64,000 nt of DNA from Phormidesmis sp. (lineage in GTDB: Bacteria; Cyanobacteriota; Cyanobacteriia; Leptolyngbyales; Leptolyngbyaceae), in the NCBI GenBank assembly GCA_965248535.1, contig CBDFJR010000005.1, positions 96,001-160,000 of the forward strand. The letters run 5' to 3'. The position numbers were made by a program, and so were the translations under genes. Shown piece after piece: positions 62,353 through 64,000 of the stretch. How positions within the stretch are numbered: the first letter of the stretch is position 1; every line of letters begins with the position of its first letter. The notes beneath the pieces were generated by a model that was not told the DNA's origin, made no database searches, and saw nothing but the letters and a program-made list of their open reading frames with translations.

Positions 62353-63774
62353 TTATCTGCCCAGAATGGTCGGATTATTGGATGCAAACACGCCCGCGAC
62401 ACAGCCGATCATCAACGTGGCTAGGGTTGCCGCCCAAAGCGCCTTCCAGCCCAACTCGCTGAGATCTTTGCGGCGAGACGGAATCAGACTCACAAAACCG
62501 CCCACAAAAATGCCGACAGCCGGAAGATGGGCAAAGCCACAGAGCGCATAGCTGATGATGAGAAGGGCCCGATCGCTGATCGCGCCTTTGTCGGCTAAAA
62601 CCGCTAACTGCTGATAAACCGGAACTTCGGTTTCGAGCAGCCTGCGCCCAATTAATAGCGAAGACTGCCAAAGCTCTGGCCAGTTGAGCGAAACGCCCGT
62701 GAGAAACGTCAACGGCAAAAACAGCGCCCCGACAATGTTTTGCAAGGTCACGACTTCAAAAATCAGACCCAACCGACGGACAAATAGATTGCTGCTCTGG
62801 GCAAGGGATGCGAGATTGCCAAAGAACAGATTCACCAGCGCCACTAACCCTAAAACGGCGATTAAGAGAGCAGCGATCGAGACCGCCAACTTCACCCCAT
62901 CCATTGCGCCCGTGATAATGCTTTCCATCGCGTTTGATTCGAGATTTGCATCGTCGGGTGACTCGGCTGGCAAACTTCCCAGGGTTTTAGGAGTCTCAGT
63001 TTCGGGCACCAGCAGTTTAGCTGTCACAAAACAAGCCGGAATCGCCATGATCGAAGCCGAAATCAAATGCCCGGTGATATTGGGAAAAACAGGGCGAAGT
63101 AGCTGTGCGTAAAGCGCTAAAACCGTTGAGGCAATGCTGCCATAGCAAGCTGTGAGAATGGCGCACAACTCGCTGCGCGTCATCTCGGCTAAAAACGGCC
63201 GGACGACCAGCGCAGACTCAATGCCGACAAAAATATTGGTTGCGCCGCTTAACGCCTCTGCGCCGCTCAAGCCCATTGTGCGGCGAAATAACTTGGCGAA
63301 AATATTCACAACTGGCTGAATCAATCGCAAGTGATAAAACAGCGACATCAGCGCCGAAAAGAAAATCACTGACGGCAGCGCCCGAAACGCAAACACATAG
63401 CCCAAATTGAGATTGTCAGGGCTGAGGCGATCGCCAGACACAGGCACATAGGGCGGCGTAACGGCGCGGGCAATCCAGCGCCCTGCCAAAATCGGGCCCG
63501 GCACGCGATTGGGTTCGGGCACGAGCAGAGAGCCAAAGATAAACCGTGATCCTGCTTCGGTGGCATCTAAAATTGCGTTCACGCCATCACTGAGCACCTG
63601 AATCACCGTGCGGGTGCCGGGGAAGGAGAACACCAACAGCCCCAGCACTAGCTGTAACCCAAGCCCCCAGATAATCACCTTCCAGGGAATGATGCGGCGA
63701 TTTTCAGACCCTAACCAGGCGATGCCACAGAGCGCAAAAATGCCAACGAACGACAGAAGATTTAACCAGGTCAT
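62353..63774 (-). CDS. NupC/CNT family nucleoside transporter
   Basis: FAFRALPSVIFFSALMSL, NIFVG, ASIMAIPA and YALCGFAH. Confidence 0.92.
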   Translation of the reverse strand: MTWLNLLSFVGIFALCGIAWLGSENRRIIPWKVIIWGLGLQLVLGLLVFSFPGTRTVIQVLSDGVNAILDATEAGSRFIFGSLLVPEPNRVPGPILAGRWIARAVTPPYVPVSGDRLSPDNLNLGYVFAFRALPSVIFFSALMSLFYHLRLIQPVVNIFAKLFRRTMGLSGAEALSGATNIFVGIESALVVRPFLAEMTRSELCAILTACYGSIASTVLALYAQLLRPVFPNITGHLISASIMAIPACFVTAKLLVPETETPKTLGSLPAESPDDANLESNAMESIITGAMDGVKLAVSIAALLIAVLGLVALVNLFFGNLASLAQSSNLFVRRLGLIFEVVTLQNIVGALFLPLTFLTGVSLNWPELWQSSLLIGRRLLETEVPVYQQLAVLADKGAISDRALLIISYALCGFAHLPAVGIFVGGFVSLIPSRRKDLSELGWKALWAATLATLMIGCVAGVFASNNPTILGR

Positions 63775-63776
63775 TA

Positions 63777-64000
63777 TTAATATCGACCCAGAAGGTCATT
63801 AAATCTGATTTTCAGCAAGTCTATCAACATTCGGATCGAGTCTTGCAGAAGATTAACCGTTGAGATCTTTGTTTGATGCTGGTCTGACACCTTGGCCGGA
63901 ACTTCTACGATCGTATAGCCCCATTTTTTGGCCAGATAAATCAACTCAACATCAAAGGAAAAGCCCGTTAATTCTTGTTGAGCAAATAATGCTTTGGCCG
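63777..64000 (-). CDS. GT2 (dolichyl-phosphate glucosyltransferase-like) protein, 3' end only
   Basis: Hand translation AKALFAQQELTGFSFDVELIYLAKKWGYTIVEVP...DLLKIRFNDLLGRY-stop, abutting the nucleoside transporter ATG. Confidence 0.8.
   Translation of the reverse strand, partial: AKALFAQQELTGFSFDVELIYLAKKWGYTIVEVPAKVSDQHQTKISTVNLLQDSIRMLIDLLKIRFNDLLGRY

Overview
Chromosomal window from a cyanobacterium. Evidence: very frequent HIP1 octamer GCGATCGC, plus ccmP, ntrC, ycf37, tocopherol cyclase and an SLH-OprB porin; a filamentous Leptolyngbya-like lineage is my inference. Most of it is housekeeping: fumC, aspS, tRNA-His, rsmI, cysQ, rpmI-rplT, rimP-nusA-ylxR-infB, ilvC. Accessory elements: two toxin-antitoxin-like pairs, an orphan N4-cytosine methyltransferase, a lipoxygenase with a Gly Coffa site, a secreted EndoU nuclease and a membrane-anchored C39-like peptidase. 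Strongest candidates for an under-described system: (i) a pilin locus at 16.0-21.6 kb with two near-identical tandem type IV pilins whose differences fall in two Ser/Thr-rich patches, followed by a GT41 O-GlcNAc-transferase-like gene and a GT4-methyltransferase fusion; (ii) a divergent beta-barrel / FecR-domain pair with a Pro-Val-Thr repeat stalk; (iii) a voltage-sensor-like membrane protein with no pore. Also seen: two frameshifted genes, two tiny gene remnants and a dispersed REP-like palindrome family. No CRISPR array, prophage, integrase or transposase was seen. All family assignments come from motif recognition by eye, not database searches.
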